A stretch of DNA of 64,000 nucleotides, from assembly GCA_036172245.1 (NCBI GenBank), contig JAYWIR010000041.1, positions 744,001-808,000 on the forward strand, in the 5' to 3' direction. This document shows positions 36,900-49,786 of the stretch, piece by piece; position 1 is the first letter of the stretch; each line of letters starts with the position of its first letter. Origin of the DNA: Raillietiella orientalis. Lineage: Eukaryota. Both the position numbers and the translations under genes were made by a program. The notes beneath the pieces are model-generated. The model had not been told where the DNA came from. It made no database searches and worked only from the letters and a program-made list of their open reading frames with translations.

Positions 36900-39420
36900 A
36901 TCCTCCGCGAGCTCGGCATTCACGAGAGGAACTTTGAACACGTGCGAATCGAATGCTGTCCATCAATAAATGTCATCAGTTTCTCTTCCTTGGGAGAGGG
37001 AATCGAGTAGCCATCGATTCTCGGTTTTGATTTGCATAGGAAAAAGCGTGGAGAAGGAGGAGGCCTGGCGCCCACGCTCGGCGTGGTTGACACACCGACA
37101 AGCCCCGACTTTCTCGATTCTGCATCCGATCCGGAGCTCGGGTCGGATTTCAGTTTTCGGCGGATTTCGAAACGCAAGACAAAGTCGAGTGCAGCCAGTG
37201 ATCCAACCGCATCCCGCAAACCGCTCTAATGCAAGGCAATTTCCTTTACGACGGCCATTTAGCGAGGGAGCCTGGATCCTGTATTTACAGTGGGTCCACT
37301 TCGGTTTCCAACGGCTCTCCCTCGTCCCGACCGCATGCTTTCCACGCCGCCGCCGTGTTCCGTGGGTCACACCGTGCTGCCTGACGCTGGGGGAACGAAA
37401 CGTCCGCGTCAACAAGACGACACTGGTAGTAATGGCTGTTCCGTCTTGCACGCCACTTCTTCCTTTGCCACCACCACACACATGTAGTCCACCTCGGGGT
37501 GGTGTTTGCACCGAGAGTGCTGCTGCGGCCTCGCCATGGTTACGGAGTCGGCTCGGGGACCGTTTCGGTGCGTTTCCAAGTAGGTGTATCATCAACCCTT
37601 CCTCCAAATTTCATTCAATTAAAGAGTAGCCGAGTGTGGGTCGTCGGATAGGTTCAAGGGGATTTTTCCTCACGACCAATCATGTGACGGTGACGTGAAT
37701 TATCCTAGAGGCAACGCTGCGTTTTTTTTCTTTCTTTTTTTTTGTGTGTGTGCGTATGCGCGCGCGCGCGAGTCCGTCTTGCGTCCCCCCCCTTCCCCCC
37801 CTTTCATGTTGATTTCAATTGATTCGCCTGGACGTAGATTTGACCAATTTTCAGAATGGCTAAGAAGTCACGTTTTTTTTTTTTTTTTTCCTCTTCAGGA
37901 GAGCGAGCAGCATGACTGCCGGTGATCGGATATTTATCTGACCAGCTTCGATAAAAAGAAAAAAAAAAGAGTATTTGCATGCAACACTTTTGTTCGAGAT
38001 GCTTCCAGAATGAAACTTGCATCGTAGGAAGGGCGAGGATGAAGATTCCCGAGTTTTCCTAGGTTCGCTTTCGGTTCGGGCTTTCAAAGGCCATCAGGAA
38101 GCGCTGTCGAGAAGCAAACGAAAAAAAAAAAAGGAACAAGGAAAAGGCAAAGAAGGGGAAAAAGTCGTTGGATCAGAAGCTGGCGAGCAGTCAACGAGCC
38201 GGAGATTCCAGAAAGCCCCCTGGGTGTATGGGAAAGGCCGCGCGCGAGTCCGGAGAGCGCGTGGCGAAACGAACAGGACGTCCTGCTTGGCAAGTTGAGA
38301 TTCCGGAAACTGCGCGCTGTCCACGGGTCCCGTTCCTTCTCAGCAGAAAAGTCGCGCGACTCGTGGCCTGGACGCCTCCAGCCGCCATTTTCGAAGGTGC
38401 GGGGACGAGGGGCTACCCTGGCTGGGCTGTAGGGGTGGCGGAGCCGTTCTGGAAACTGATGATTGCTCCCCCCCCCTCCTCCTCCAGTTTGCCAAGTACG
38501 AGCGCGTTTCCAAGGGAAACGAACCGTGTCGTTTCCAATTACCTGCTGCTCTGCGCGAAGTATCTTCGGCTCGCTCGGTAGCACGGAAGGGCTTGAGGGC
38601 GGCAGAGAGCTGTCCCAGCGGTTCGTTACGTCACCACAAACATGAGATAAGAGGGAACCAGCGGTGCAAGCGAGCGAGGAATGTGCTGGGGGAGGGGGGG
38701 GGGGAACCGGCAATTTACGGGCAGCTACGAAAGGGTTGCGTTCTCGGCTCGAGTTATGTCGGATGATGTTTCTCTCTCCTTCTCGCGTGGACTCAGGACC
38801 GCGGTGCCACGAGAGGTTCGCCCGTCTTGGCTTTTTGATGGAGAGCCTGGCCGACCGGCCACCCACCCGCAGCTCCTCGCTCGCCCTCGTATTCACAACT
38901 TGCCCGTCGCGATGCGAGGCTTCGGCTCCCCCGCTTCTCCTATCCGCAGAATCCGTAGAATCGCGCATCCCGGATGCCCGCCGCCTTCCCTTCTTCCCCC
39001 TATCGCGGTCTCCCCAGCCCGTGGATCGCTCCCGCACCCTCCCGTTTTCCTTCCTCTCTCGATGAATTATGGTTTCCCCTTCGCCAATGCCCCGTGGGTT
39101 TCTTTTTTTTGCCCTCTTCTTCCGGTTCCTCCACGAACGGTGCCTTCCAGCTGCATGCACGGCCACTCTGCGGCCTATCCCCATTCCCACTTCCGAGATT
39201 TCCCCCTCCCTGCGTATTTTCGTCTTTCGTGAGAGAGTCGCTCCTCCGGTGAAGAGAGAGGGCAGCGATTCGGAACTTCGCAGGACTCCCCACGATTTCA
39301 ACTGCTCCCGAGCTCCTCAAGGAATCGGTGGGAGCGAGCGCAAGGGCGCTGCCGCTTCCTCGGACATCACGGCCGATGCGTAAGCACAAACAACACTCCC
39401 ACTTCGCGCGCATTCCTGGA
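36900..39420. promoter_or_regulatory. CpG-island-like region with promoter motifs; associated transcript unknown
   Basis: High GC and CpG content. GGGGATTTTTCC (NF-kB/Dorsal-like) 37658-37669, CCAAT 37676-37680, CATGTG 37681-37686, TGACGTGA 37691-37698, GCCGCCATTTT (YY1/Pho) 38381-38391, and a donor-like GTAAGC at 39380. Confidence 0.5.
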
Positions 39421-41357
39421 CCCCCCCCCCTTCTCCCTTTCCCCCTGCTGTGTGCGTGTATTTTTTTTTTATTATTATTATGATTTCAAGTCGCGTGGTT
39501 CATCGTATTCGGGAACGGGAGCTGCGCAAACAGGGAACCCCGGTTACTGCTGCCGATGTCTCACGGACTTTTCCTGCATCTGCATCTCGTTTCTGTCCGT
39601 TCGCTGCGTACGTGGTTTCCAGCGTTTCCAGACGTACTGTAAGAACGGATCTTAAAATAACCCGGGATGTGTATCTTGCAGCCTTCAGCTGCAAGATACG
39701 ACGCCGCTCACACTCGGGACCTCCGGAACAAAAAAAAAAAAAAGTCAGCCTTCCTCAGATGACGAGTCTGCATCTTTGTCCGTCGATGGCTTTTGGTTAT
39801 AGGGAATTTCCACTGTTTTAGAAAGTGCTTTCTTTCCTGCTCCGAACCCGCACGGTCTTTTCCGTGCACGCAGCAACTTGCGAGCCTCTCCTCGTTGACG
39901 TTTCGAACGCTCGCTGACTTCCAGCCCAACGACTCTTCTCTTTGTTTACTTCTTTCGTTCTTTTTCTTTTCTTTCTCCGCACTTTTTGGATAGTCTTTGA
40001 ATTCGTCAAATCCAGGAAAGCTCCAGGACCCTTCCTCTCACCTTCGGCCTTGTCTACGATGCTAGTCCCATCTCGGAGGCGTCTTGAACAGATGCAGCGG
40101 CGGTCTTGCACGCACACCCGTTCCAAGTCCTGGAGGCAATCTCCCTCCCCACCCTACCCCACAACTAGGGGGACCAACGAGGATCTCTTGCACCAAACGC
40201 GAATAGCATTTCCCGACCACGTCTCCTTACGTCGCAGTCTGTTTCCTGTTTCTCCAGTCTCCAAGTCTCCCCCCCTCCCATCCTTTGGTCCTTTCCCTTG
40301 ATTTCTGTAATTTGAAATTCCTGTGACTCATTCATTTCGTGGCTCACTTTTCACTCCCCCACGTTTCTACGTGCACGAAAAATGTTCACGGGGAAGCTCC
40401 CATTGATTTTCAAAAGTCCTTCCTTTTCCCCTCATCCCCTTAATCTTCTCCTGTAAACTTTTTTTATGAACCATATTCTGGAGCATGCAGTTAATGAAAC
40501 GGTGCCGCCGTTCTTGCAGGAAGCCCCCTGCGTTCCCTCAGGAAGCCGAGGGGAGGCTAAGGCTTCTTTCTCTACGAGGCTTGCCTCAGGTAGCCGCCTC
40601 TTTCCTCCATTAGGCTAACAGGCGTCGCTTGAGTAACCTTGGGGCCTGCTTAGGGAACCTTTTTTGGAAGCTTCGGCAATTCCTGCCCGCGAAGGAGAGT
40701 GACCGGCACTCTATGAAATCCATCATCACAGCGCCACAAGAGAACCATCCTTGTGGAAAAAATAAACAAACAAACGCTAATCATTCTTTAAATGCATTGA
40801 GGTGCCATCCCAAAGACACTGAACGAGAACACGTCTTCTGCATCCTCGGAAGCTGGCGTCGCTGTTCGTCTTGTGTCTTTCACTGGGAAGGCAGAAGAAA
40901 CCATTCAACATGGACCTGACTGGAAACTGGGCTGCTGCCGTCAGAGCATGTGTGCTGATGCTGCTGCAGCTTTTCCAGTCACTACCCCCTTTTTTTTTTC
41001 TTCTTTTCGACGGCAGTTGACCGGATCGTTAAAGGAGGCCGAAAGGAATCACCTTTTTGGGAGATCAGTGCTCCAATGTGAACGCGGTAGCAAGCGCGGA
41101 TGTCCAACATGGCACAAGAGCGAATGTCTTCGTGAACGAGGAAGGATCTGGTCTCGAAGGAGAGTATCAGCCTCCTTCGGTCTGAAGAATTCCGGGATGC
41201 CGTTTGGCGTTCACTCTCGGTGGGATAGGGGAAATGCGGTGCTCCTTGTGCAGCTTCCCCCGGAAAGCGCGCGAGGCCACAAACCTCTCGACTGCAGACT
41301 GCGTTGCGAGGCACCTTAAGAACCGTTGCGCGCCTGGCGGCTCACCCAGCTCTTTAT

Positions 41358-41580
41358 CACTGTTCCACGCCAACCGAGGGTGCGTGTTAACTCTTCAAGA
41401 TAGGGGGTACCTTGGGGAGGGGACCACCCTATGAATCCAGGAGGGGCTCCCGGAGAAGCTGAGTCCCGTTCCTCTCACACCTGGGGCGGAATCCCTGGAG
41501 GAAATCTCCTCCCTGGTTGTCTCCCAAAGGAGACCATTCCATTTTTCTTCTCCGAAGGGAACCCGGAAAGGTGTTCCGCT
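41358..41580. mobile_element. Diverged interspersed repeat, homologous to 63178-63423 (probably the ORF1 side of a minus-strand LINE)
   Basis: Shared blocks in the same order: GAGGGTGCRTG..AACTCTT, GGGTACCT..GGGACCACCC.AT.AATCCAGGA, CCCTGGTTGTCTCC.AAAGGA, TTCTCCGAAGGGAAC.CGGAAAGG. Confidence 0.75.
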
Positions 41581-44354
41581 GTTGGGAATTTCTAGACTGC
41601 GTGTTGCAATGCCGCGCTTGGAGAACCGACTTTCTCTCGTCCCAGAGGGGAAAAGGGGGCAGGCAGTTCCTCTGGTGCCTCAGTTGTGAGACAGAAGCGG
41701 GGAATGACACGTTCTTTCTAGCGCTCTCCTGCTCCTGCAAGTTCTTTGCTCGCTCCTCGAAATCCATTCAGCCACGATGCGGTCGCAGACGACGTTGCTG
41801 CTGTTGCCCTGCGTCCGAAGGCACCCCCCGTGAAGTTTCCATCGGCTCAATCAAGTGCGTTGGTCCCCCTGTCCTTCACAAGCAGCACCTCGCCCGGTCA
41901 AATCCGCACCTCCGGTTGTCACTTCTTCTTGCCCTCTCGAACCGAACGGAATCGATTCCCGTAAGAAGTTTGTTGCTTGGGGTTCTCCCCGATGGTGAGT
42001 CGCTTTCCCGCAGTCTCCGCGAAGCAGAAGCGCGTGCGCGGTTTTGCACCTGCAGGGACGGCGCGTGTTAGAGAAGGGAAATCGCACGTGAAGGCTCCGG
42101 GATCGCGAGGGAGAGACACGGAGGCAGTGCAAAAGTCGAGATCGATCTTCTAACCCGGCAGTCACGCTGAAATCCTCTTTTGATTTCTGGAACGTTTCAG
42201 CTCGGCTTTCTCATCTTCAGTTATTTTCGTGATCGTTTGTCTTCCCCTTTTGTACGTACTTCACTTTCTAGAATTACTTATCGATAGCCCAAGCATCATT
42301 TGATTTTCAAGAGAGAGAGAGAGGGAGAGAGAGAATCAGCATTTCTTTTTAATTTATTCCTGATGAGCCTGGAGAGACGCACTCATTCCATGGCACAGCA
42401 CTCGATGCGTACGTTTGATTTAGTTGCTTAGATTGACTGCTGATTAGTTCAGGCTAATTAAACGGAAATAGAGGAACGGAGTCAGGAATCCTAACTACTG
42501 ACGAAAGTTGGATGAAGAGGCGCCTGTGCTCTCGGCTGAACCACAGCTGCGCAGAAAGAAAATTCTTCTTTGACGCGGTCTTGATAGCCGAATCCATCAC
42601 ACAGAGCATTAATAACCTAATTCGCACTTAAACTAAAAGGTATATCTGCTGCTAATGAGAATGAGGAGAAGAAGGAAGCCAGAGAACGCGTGCTTTCCGC
42701 CATCACGAATTTCACACTTCCGGGCATTCACGCGAGTCAATTTTTTCGACTGATCTTCTTGATTGCAATCCAGTTTGTTCTTCTCAACATGATTTCTCGG
42801 CTTCGGATACCTAGAAATGGAATTTTCCACTCTCGAAGACATGCGGAACGTCGTGTTTCCGCACTTTTTGCGTCTCCTCACCGTGTTCCTTGGATGGTCA
42901 TATCTACCTTACTGGCCAATTATCTACCTGCATAGCAAAGTCCGAATTACTCCTTATATGAGCTTTTTATGCTAGCTTGAAGATGAGACAGCTCCTAAGT
43001 ATTTGATGAAGAATTGTTATTCCACTGGTCTCATTATCATTCTTCAATTCATAAGTCTTTTTTTTCATGTTCCATATTCTTCTAAGATCTTCTAAAATCC
43101 CATCCTTCTTGAACAAGGTTAAAAAGAACAGTTAGGTCCTCGTACAATGCGGGTGATACTAAACGCGTTATATGAGTACTATGGGTTATGCGTGGACAAT
43201 GATGGTCTCTATAAGAAGGATAGAAAAGGCACCTTAACCGGTGTAACAGCAGATAGAATATGCATTATTTCACTTGAAAACAAAAAAAAAAGGGGGGGGA
43301 GGGGTTGGAAATTAAAAAGTTTCCACTTATCGTTTAACTTGACGTAAAAAAAAAGATTTCAGAGTTTTGTTGATCCATTCAAACAGCTCTGTCATTCTCC
43401 TTGTCCAAAACTCCAACCTGCTTAAATCATGCGTTCGTACCCTTTTTTTAAAAACAGCTGAAGTGATACCACAAAACCAAAATTTATCCAGGCGTATCAC
43501 GTGGGGGGGGGGGGGGCTGTCGCCATTTTTTTCGTTACCAATGCACGGTACAGGGGCTTCCGTATTTTCAGCTTAAGTAGATACGTCTTCGAATTGGCAT
43601 CCCTTATTTTTAACATGATTTAGAAAAGTCGCACCCACACACCAAATTTCAAAGGAAGGCCAACTAACTGAAACTGATTTGTGTAACTACCTACAGATAT
43701 ATATATTTTTATTTTAGAGTCAATCAGATTTCTTTCCTCCACCCCAGGGATCTTGGATTCTCGGAAGTGTGCAACTAGCAAACGGGAGCGAGTTTTTCAA
43801 AAACGTTCTGGTGTCAAATTGTGCGAACAAAAAACTGCTACTCCCTCCCCTTCATTAGTAAAATATGAAATGCTTCGAACATTTGAGAGTTAGAAAAGCA
43901 GTGACACTGTGTAATGTTTCCGTACTTGGAGAGATTTTTCTTGCATAGTTGCTTCAACAGGCACATTCTCTTCCAGCATCAGCAAGCAGATTCAGAGGAA
44001 GGAAGCTCGGAGACAGTCGTAACAGGAATGCCATATGAAACAGCCATTAAATTGAGATCACAGGAAAAAACTGGTGTGTGATGTTTTTTTTCCCTTATAA
44101 GTCGAAAAGAAATGAATCAACAGATGGGAATAAACGCCACGCGAACAATTGCTTCCTTCCTCATACATACCGACTGCGCCATCATGGATCGGATGCTATT
44201 AAGAACGATAATAAATTAGCTGAGAGGAAAAGACTTAACACCGTAAGCATCAAATCCATAATGGATGCATAAGCATTTTCAGATTGGTGCTTTCAAGCGA
44301 TACTTTGATGAGAATCGGCACCGTGTTCAAATTGTAATGAGGAGAAAATGAAAA

Positions 44355-44520
44355 AAAATGAATGCTTTTCCCGTTTGGAGCTACCGCAAGAACGAATAAG
44401 CTGGGAAAAAGGAAGAAGGAATTGGTGGTTTTCGGGAACTCGAACCTTTCTGATTTCAAATACACACAACTGAGATATGCAAGCGCACATGTATGTATGT
44501 ATGTATATATATATATATAT
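44355..44520. repeat. About 165-bp duplicated segment, copy 2
   Basis: Direct repeat of 34609-34774 at an offset of 9746 bp; ends in (ATGT)n(AT)n. Confidence 0.95.
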
Positions 44521-47500
44521 GCATACATACATGTACGTTTCTCTTTTGCATATACATATACGAGAGAAACTCATTTCTTGTGAATCTATCATTCTAGAAA
44601 TGCAGGACAAAAATAAAAGGCCTTCCAAAACTAGGATATGACGAACTATCCAGGGCTCAAAATACACAACTGAGTACTTCGACCAAACCCCGCAATGCAA
44701 TTAAAGAGCGATGTCGATTCCCTGCATCTTTTCAAGATATAAAGAGATACATCTGCAAGCACCGAAAACTGGAATATTACAAATGGCAAAGTTAAATGGG
44801 TCGTGGTCATATTTTTGATTCATGAAGCGATAACAGCAATTGTGCGAAGCCTTTCCCGCGTTGCAGACTTAGCTAACTGGTCCATGGTGAAGACCTACCT
44901 CCTACTGGATCAGCATTCCCAATGACCTAAACATGTTCGAAGCGCACGGAGATCTTAATTAATGGTTCAACGCGGATCACACAAAATTTCCAATTTTATT
45001 TTATCGGCTTAGTCTTGTGCATCCACTTGTTTCCAGAGTGTGGGAAGCACTCTGTTCCACGAAAAATAAAAACTTTTTTTCATAAGTCATCTAAGACACT
45101 AAGGTTTCAACAACAACAAAAAGGAAATACAGTGACAGGAATGCAGCTTTTCTATTTGAATTTCAGTATTTTGTTTGCAGAATTACATTTCTTCGCACTC
45201 ACTTTCGAGATCCTTTGATGAAACGCCAATGACTATGGTTATTTTTATTTGTTACCGTCAAAAAGGAAAAGAAGAGAAAGAAAGGGACATTTTCGTACTT
45301 CTGGATGAGTTGAAGAATCTCAACTTGGACTGGGAAAACAAACGCAATACTCATACCAAAGCGAGCCAAGCGCGATGGCTTGGAAAGTGCTGAAGAGTTG
45401 GGAGCCGGGGGAAAAGTTGAAAAATCCATATTTCCTGCAAAAGAGCAAAACGCGAGGTTCAAAGTACGACCCTACTACCAATGAATACCTAAAACTCTGA
45501 AAATGAAAGAGCAATCTTGAGATGGTTCTTTGATTAACAGCCGATCAGTAACTTTTTGGAAGTACGCAGACTTTAGAGATGCGGGTTCGACGTGTTTCGA
45601 GAAAAGTCTGAAGAAAAGGAAACAGGGAGAATCGTGTAATTATACATTTAAAATGAAGTTCAGTACACGTTGGCTGAAGCAGTAAAGGCTCGAGAGAAGT
45701 CAAAACAATGCAAGGATGTATCCCATGCGTGTTTTTTTTTTTTTTCTTTCTTCTTAGTAAGCCTTGCGTCATTTAATATCAAGTGCCAACTGCAAGCAAG
45801 AACTATTTTCCACTTATGTGCTGAGTCAGGTATACTGTCTTCATTTTGCTGTGGCAACAAGGCACATTTTCATTCTGCAATGAAAAAATTAGAGATTAAA
45901 TGGAATGACATTTACGTAGTAGAGCTATTACCATCGCAAAACGTGCATGTCCATTTCATCCAAGTGAGATGCGTTGCTTGGACAACATCAAAGAATGACT
46001 AATAAAAGCAGCAGCGGAAAAGCATCTGCAGAAAAAGAATTTCCTGGTGCGGCGACCCCTTTGTTCGTGTACGTGTATAGAACTCATTTCCAAAGACCGC
46101 ATTTTCATTCATTTGCTGAAATTGGCGTTTAGACTGCGTTTGAATTCCACCTATGATAACAGGGTAAAGATCGCGATGTTTTATAATCCCAGAATATTTT
46201 CAGGGCGAATGAAAATAAATTAAAATTATGATGAATTCATTTTGCGTCGCCAACTGAATTTCCAAGCATCACAGTGTTCCCACGCAATTTTGAATCGGCT
46301 GCAACATCGACCACGATTTGCACTACTATAACGTTCGGCCTGTGCATACACGGGCAACACTGCTCTTTTTTACGGGGCAAGGCAGGGCTTCGACGAGCAA
46401 GTGGAGCTTCGATTAAAAAAAAAATTACCTTGCCCTTGATAAAAAAAAGAAGAAGAATGCGTCAACTAAGCCACCCTCATACTCCGCGCAGAAATTTTAC
46501 GCTCGTCTTCATCGTAAAAGTCTTATTAACAGCTAATTACAGGAGACGAACTAAATTTCTCACTCTTTTCTCAGGAATTGTCGGTGATGTCTGTGTAGTG
46601 CCGACGTTGATTCTATCGTACGAAAAATCAAACAAAATAATTCACTAAGAAAATGTCAAACGAAAAGTTGGAAGTAAAATCACTGTAGGAAGTTTTGTAA
46701 ACAGAGTTAGTATTAGACATGCAAACATAATTATTGGAAAAGCGAGTGCCTTCTGAGAGTCGTAGAAAAGAAAACAAAAATGCACTCCAAATACCAAGCT
46801 TTCTGAATGACGGTAAAGGAGTTCAAAAATTACCTGCAATTCCTGGCGTCGTATCTCATAAATTTTGCAGATAAAATTGAAAATTGAGAAATGTGGTTAT
46901 TCCAAAGAAAAAAAGAAAAAAAAAAACAGCTTGTCTTTGTCTCACTGCCAGGTACATTAGAGAATTTTCTCTAAGAATAAAGGTACATTTTTTTTTTCTT
47001 CTCGAAATGAAATAGATCTTCATAATGCTTAACAGAAGAAACCGTTTTTTGCATGTATAGTAAGGAGTATTAGACTACAATATTGTGGAAACTGGAAGCA
47101 TCCAAAACTCATAGAAAAGCACTCTCGTCTTTGCCATGTACTGCGCATTGTGAAATTTATTTTTTTTTTTTTTTGTGCACAACGCAGCAGATATGCAAGT
47201 GACTAAACAACCATCACTGAAGGACAAGAAAGAATCGAATTCGTTTCTTGGAAATTCACGGTACACAAAGCCATCCAAGGAAACATCAGGGGATCGGTTC
47301 ATTTTATGATATGCACATAAGAGGCTTTTTCGATCATCCCTTTGCCCAGCTGCAGTTTTCATGCACATCTCACGACAAGCCCTTCGTGGATGCCACTGGA
47401 CAACAGTTTGCAATTTATTGCTCCAACCTCGGTCGACCTGTAGTCTTTGGGCATTCTCTGCATTATGTGGTGCTTTAAGCTTGGAGAGTGCTCCCTTGGG

Positions 47501-49755
47501 ATGCTCCACATCATATTTACATGGTGATGCGAAATTTCACACATCCTATTTCACATCCGTGTCGTTTTTTTTTTTTTGTCCAGCGTTCGCAAGAAAACTC
47601 TGCAACCGATTTCCCTCCGCCCTCATGAAACCGAAAAATAGCCCTTGTAGCCCATCTCAAAACATGGACTCAAGCTTTCGTTTCATTTTATACTATGCCT
47701 GTGCTGTCGGTTTTCTAAAACTACTTCCCCTAGAATGGAATCGCCTTTCCTTTTTTGCTTTCCTTTTCAGTCAAGTTCGCAGAGCCCTCCAAAAGTCTCT
47801 CCTTTAAGGATATGAAGGATGTGCACATTGATTCATTAAAACTGTGTATCCTATTATTCGCGAAAAATAATTTGCATCTGTTCACAACTTTTGCTTTGAA
47901 CGCCCATTCGCACAGAATCGAAATGAGCTTATTAATTATATGACTAATTGCGACTACCATCACCGGTCGTATGTTTTCCTGTGACTTGCAAAATCGTGTG
48001 AAGAGATCGATAAGATGTCATCTTCAGAAACTTCCTTTTATTAAAATACTTTGAACCGATCCAGTTGTGAAGCTAAATGGCTACGTTTCTTTTAGAAATA
48101 GCTACATATCTTTGCAAATTATTTCACAACACACGTTTGCATTGTCTGTCATTTTTTGTTCCATTTTTTTTGAAAAAACTGAAACTGCTATAGAAAAACA
48201 ATCATTCTAACAATCGCTTTGATCGTTTTACTCTTCCGCATTCTTGATGATGCAGAGTGAAACCGGAGTTTTTATCATGCCGTGTCATCTGAGTGCTGCC
48301 TGCTGCGCTTTGGTTTTCCTCTGCCTTCCAAGAAGACCGTTGGCCGTGTCATCTCGTCTAAGGAGGTGGACGTGTGCAAACCGTGGTCTTCCTTTTTTCT
48401 CCCCCCCCCCCTCCCTACAAGCAGCAATTTCCTAAGGACACGTTGGAAACGTTCTTCGCCCCACGTCTCCTGCACGAACACGAAAGCACAAAGTGAGATG
48501 GCGGCGGCATCCGTGTCGCCCGCCCGCACCTGCACTTCACGTCCTGCAATTCTACTTATCGTTCTACGACAAAAACACTGCAAGTTGCAACACACCCCAC
48601 ACGTGTGAGTACACCACCCCAATAAAACACGGACGAGGTAGCTGGAGCTTCCGAATCGACTCCCACAACCCACCACCACCACGATTCCCATTTACTCATT
48701 AGACGATGATTCATTTACATAGGAAACGTGTAAGAGACAAACTGATTTATTCCAACCTGCTGGAAACGCCCGAAAGAAGGCATTTGGGTTTTCGTGGGGA
48801 AATGTTTCAATGTGTGATCAACTCAAATGTGCCCTTGTGTTCAGTATGACGAACGCTTGCTTAGAAGCATCGGCATGTGAATCTCGGGATTTCAACTAAC
48901 TCTGGAAGCTTTTTGCAAAAAAAAAAAAAAAAAAAAGGGATGAAATTAACGAGTTCTGATGAAACTGCAGCAACAGAGTGAAAGAAATAGAGATTTTCTC
49001 AAGCATACTGAGGTTTTAATTTCGACCACATATTCAAAAGAAATCCTAGGGGGAAAAAACAATTAAACAGAAATCCTAGGGGAAAGGAAAAAAAAAAAAA
49101 AAAAAAACCCATTGAATTATGGTAACAGAAGTCATCTAATTGTTTTGATTTTAGGAACATGACAGAAATCAAGACATAACTAAAATTTCCCTGTATGAAC
49201 CAATTTTTATCGAAGAATATAACATCTTAAGATTGGTAAGGTTCCAAGCAAAGACTTCGAAGTACTACTTATCGAAAAAGAAAAAAAAAAAAACACTCTT
49301 TTCCCCCCATCGATTCCTTCACGCACAAACTTCGAGACATTAAAAAGACTTTGATGCAGTTTCCGGTAGACATGCTTTGTTTACAATTGTGTTTGCAATT
49401 AGTTTGCTTTTTTTTTTTTATTATTATGCATCGATCAGAGTTTTCCAGTTCCATCATTTTGCAAGAAGTTTCTTGTGTGTGTGTCACTTTGTAATTAAGT
49501 TTCCTTTATTGTTCCTCAAACACTTAGTAGTACTCGAGTGGGGAGGTATTTAAAAATCTGTTCCATGGAGAAATGCAACAACATCCTAATGAAACTAAGA
49601 TTCACTTACTGAAAAACTTTTGTCCTTGAACGAAACCTAGGCACTGATCAATTGGTTTTAGGCAATCCGAAAGTGTTCTTTGTCATGTAATCAATCGAAG
49701 AGTGAAACGAGAAGTGTTTACGTTTCTCCTTTGTTCCACACAGAGAGGAAAAAAG

Positions 49756-49786
<31 letters not shown>

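Noticed and set aside
36963..37629. Overlapping 214- and 219-aa ORFs on opposite strands
   Set aside because: No homology or coding-like composition; likely open only because of high GC.
38084..39301. 405-aa minus-strand ORF
   Set aside because: Non-ATG start, low-complexity R/G/E composition, crosses homopolymer runs and has no recognisable domain; expected by chance in GC-rich DNA.
48950..49010. CTGATGA...GAAA hammerhead-like core
   Set aside because: Stem II is poorly paired and no stem I partner can be formed; the same applies to CTGATGA at about 28082 and 42360.
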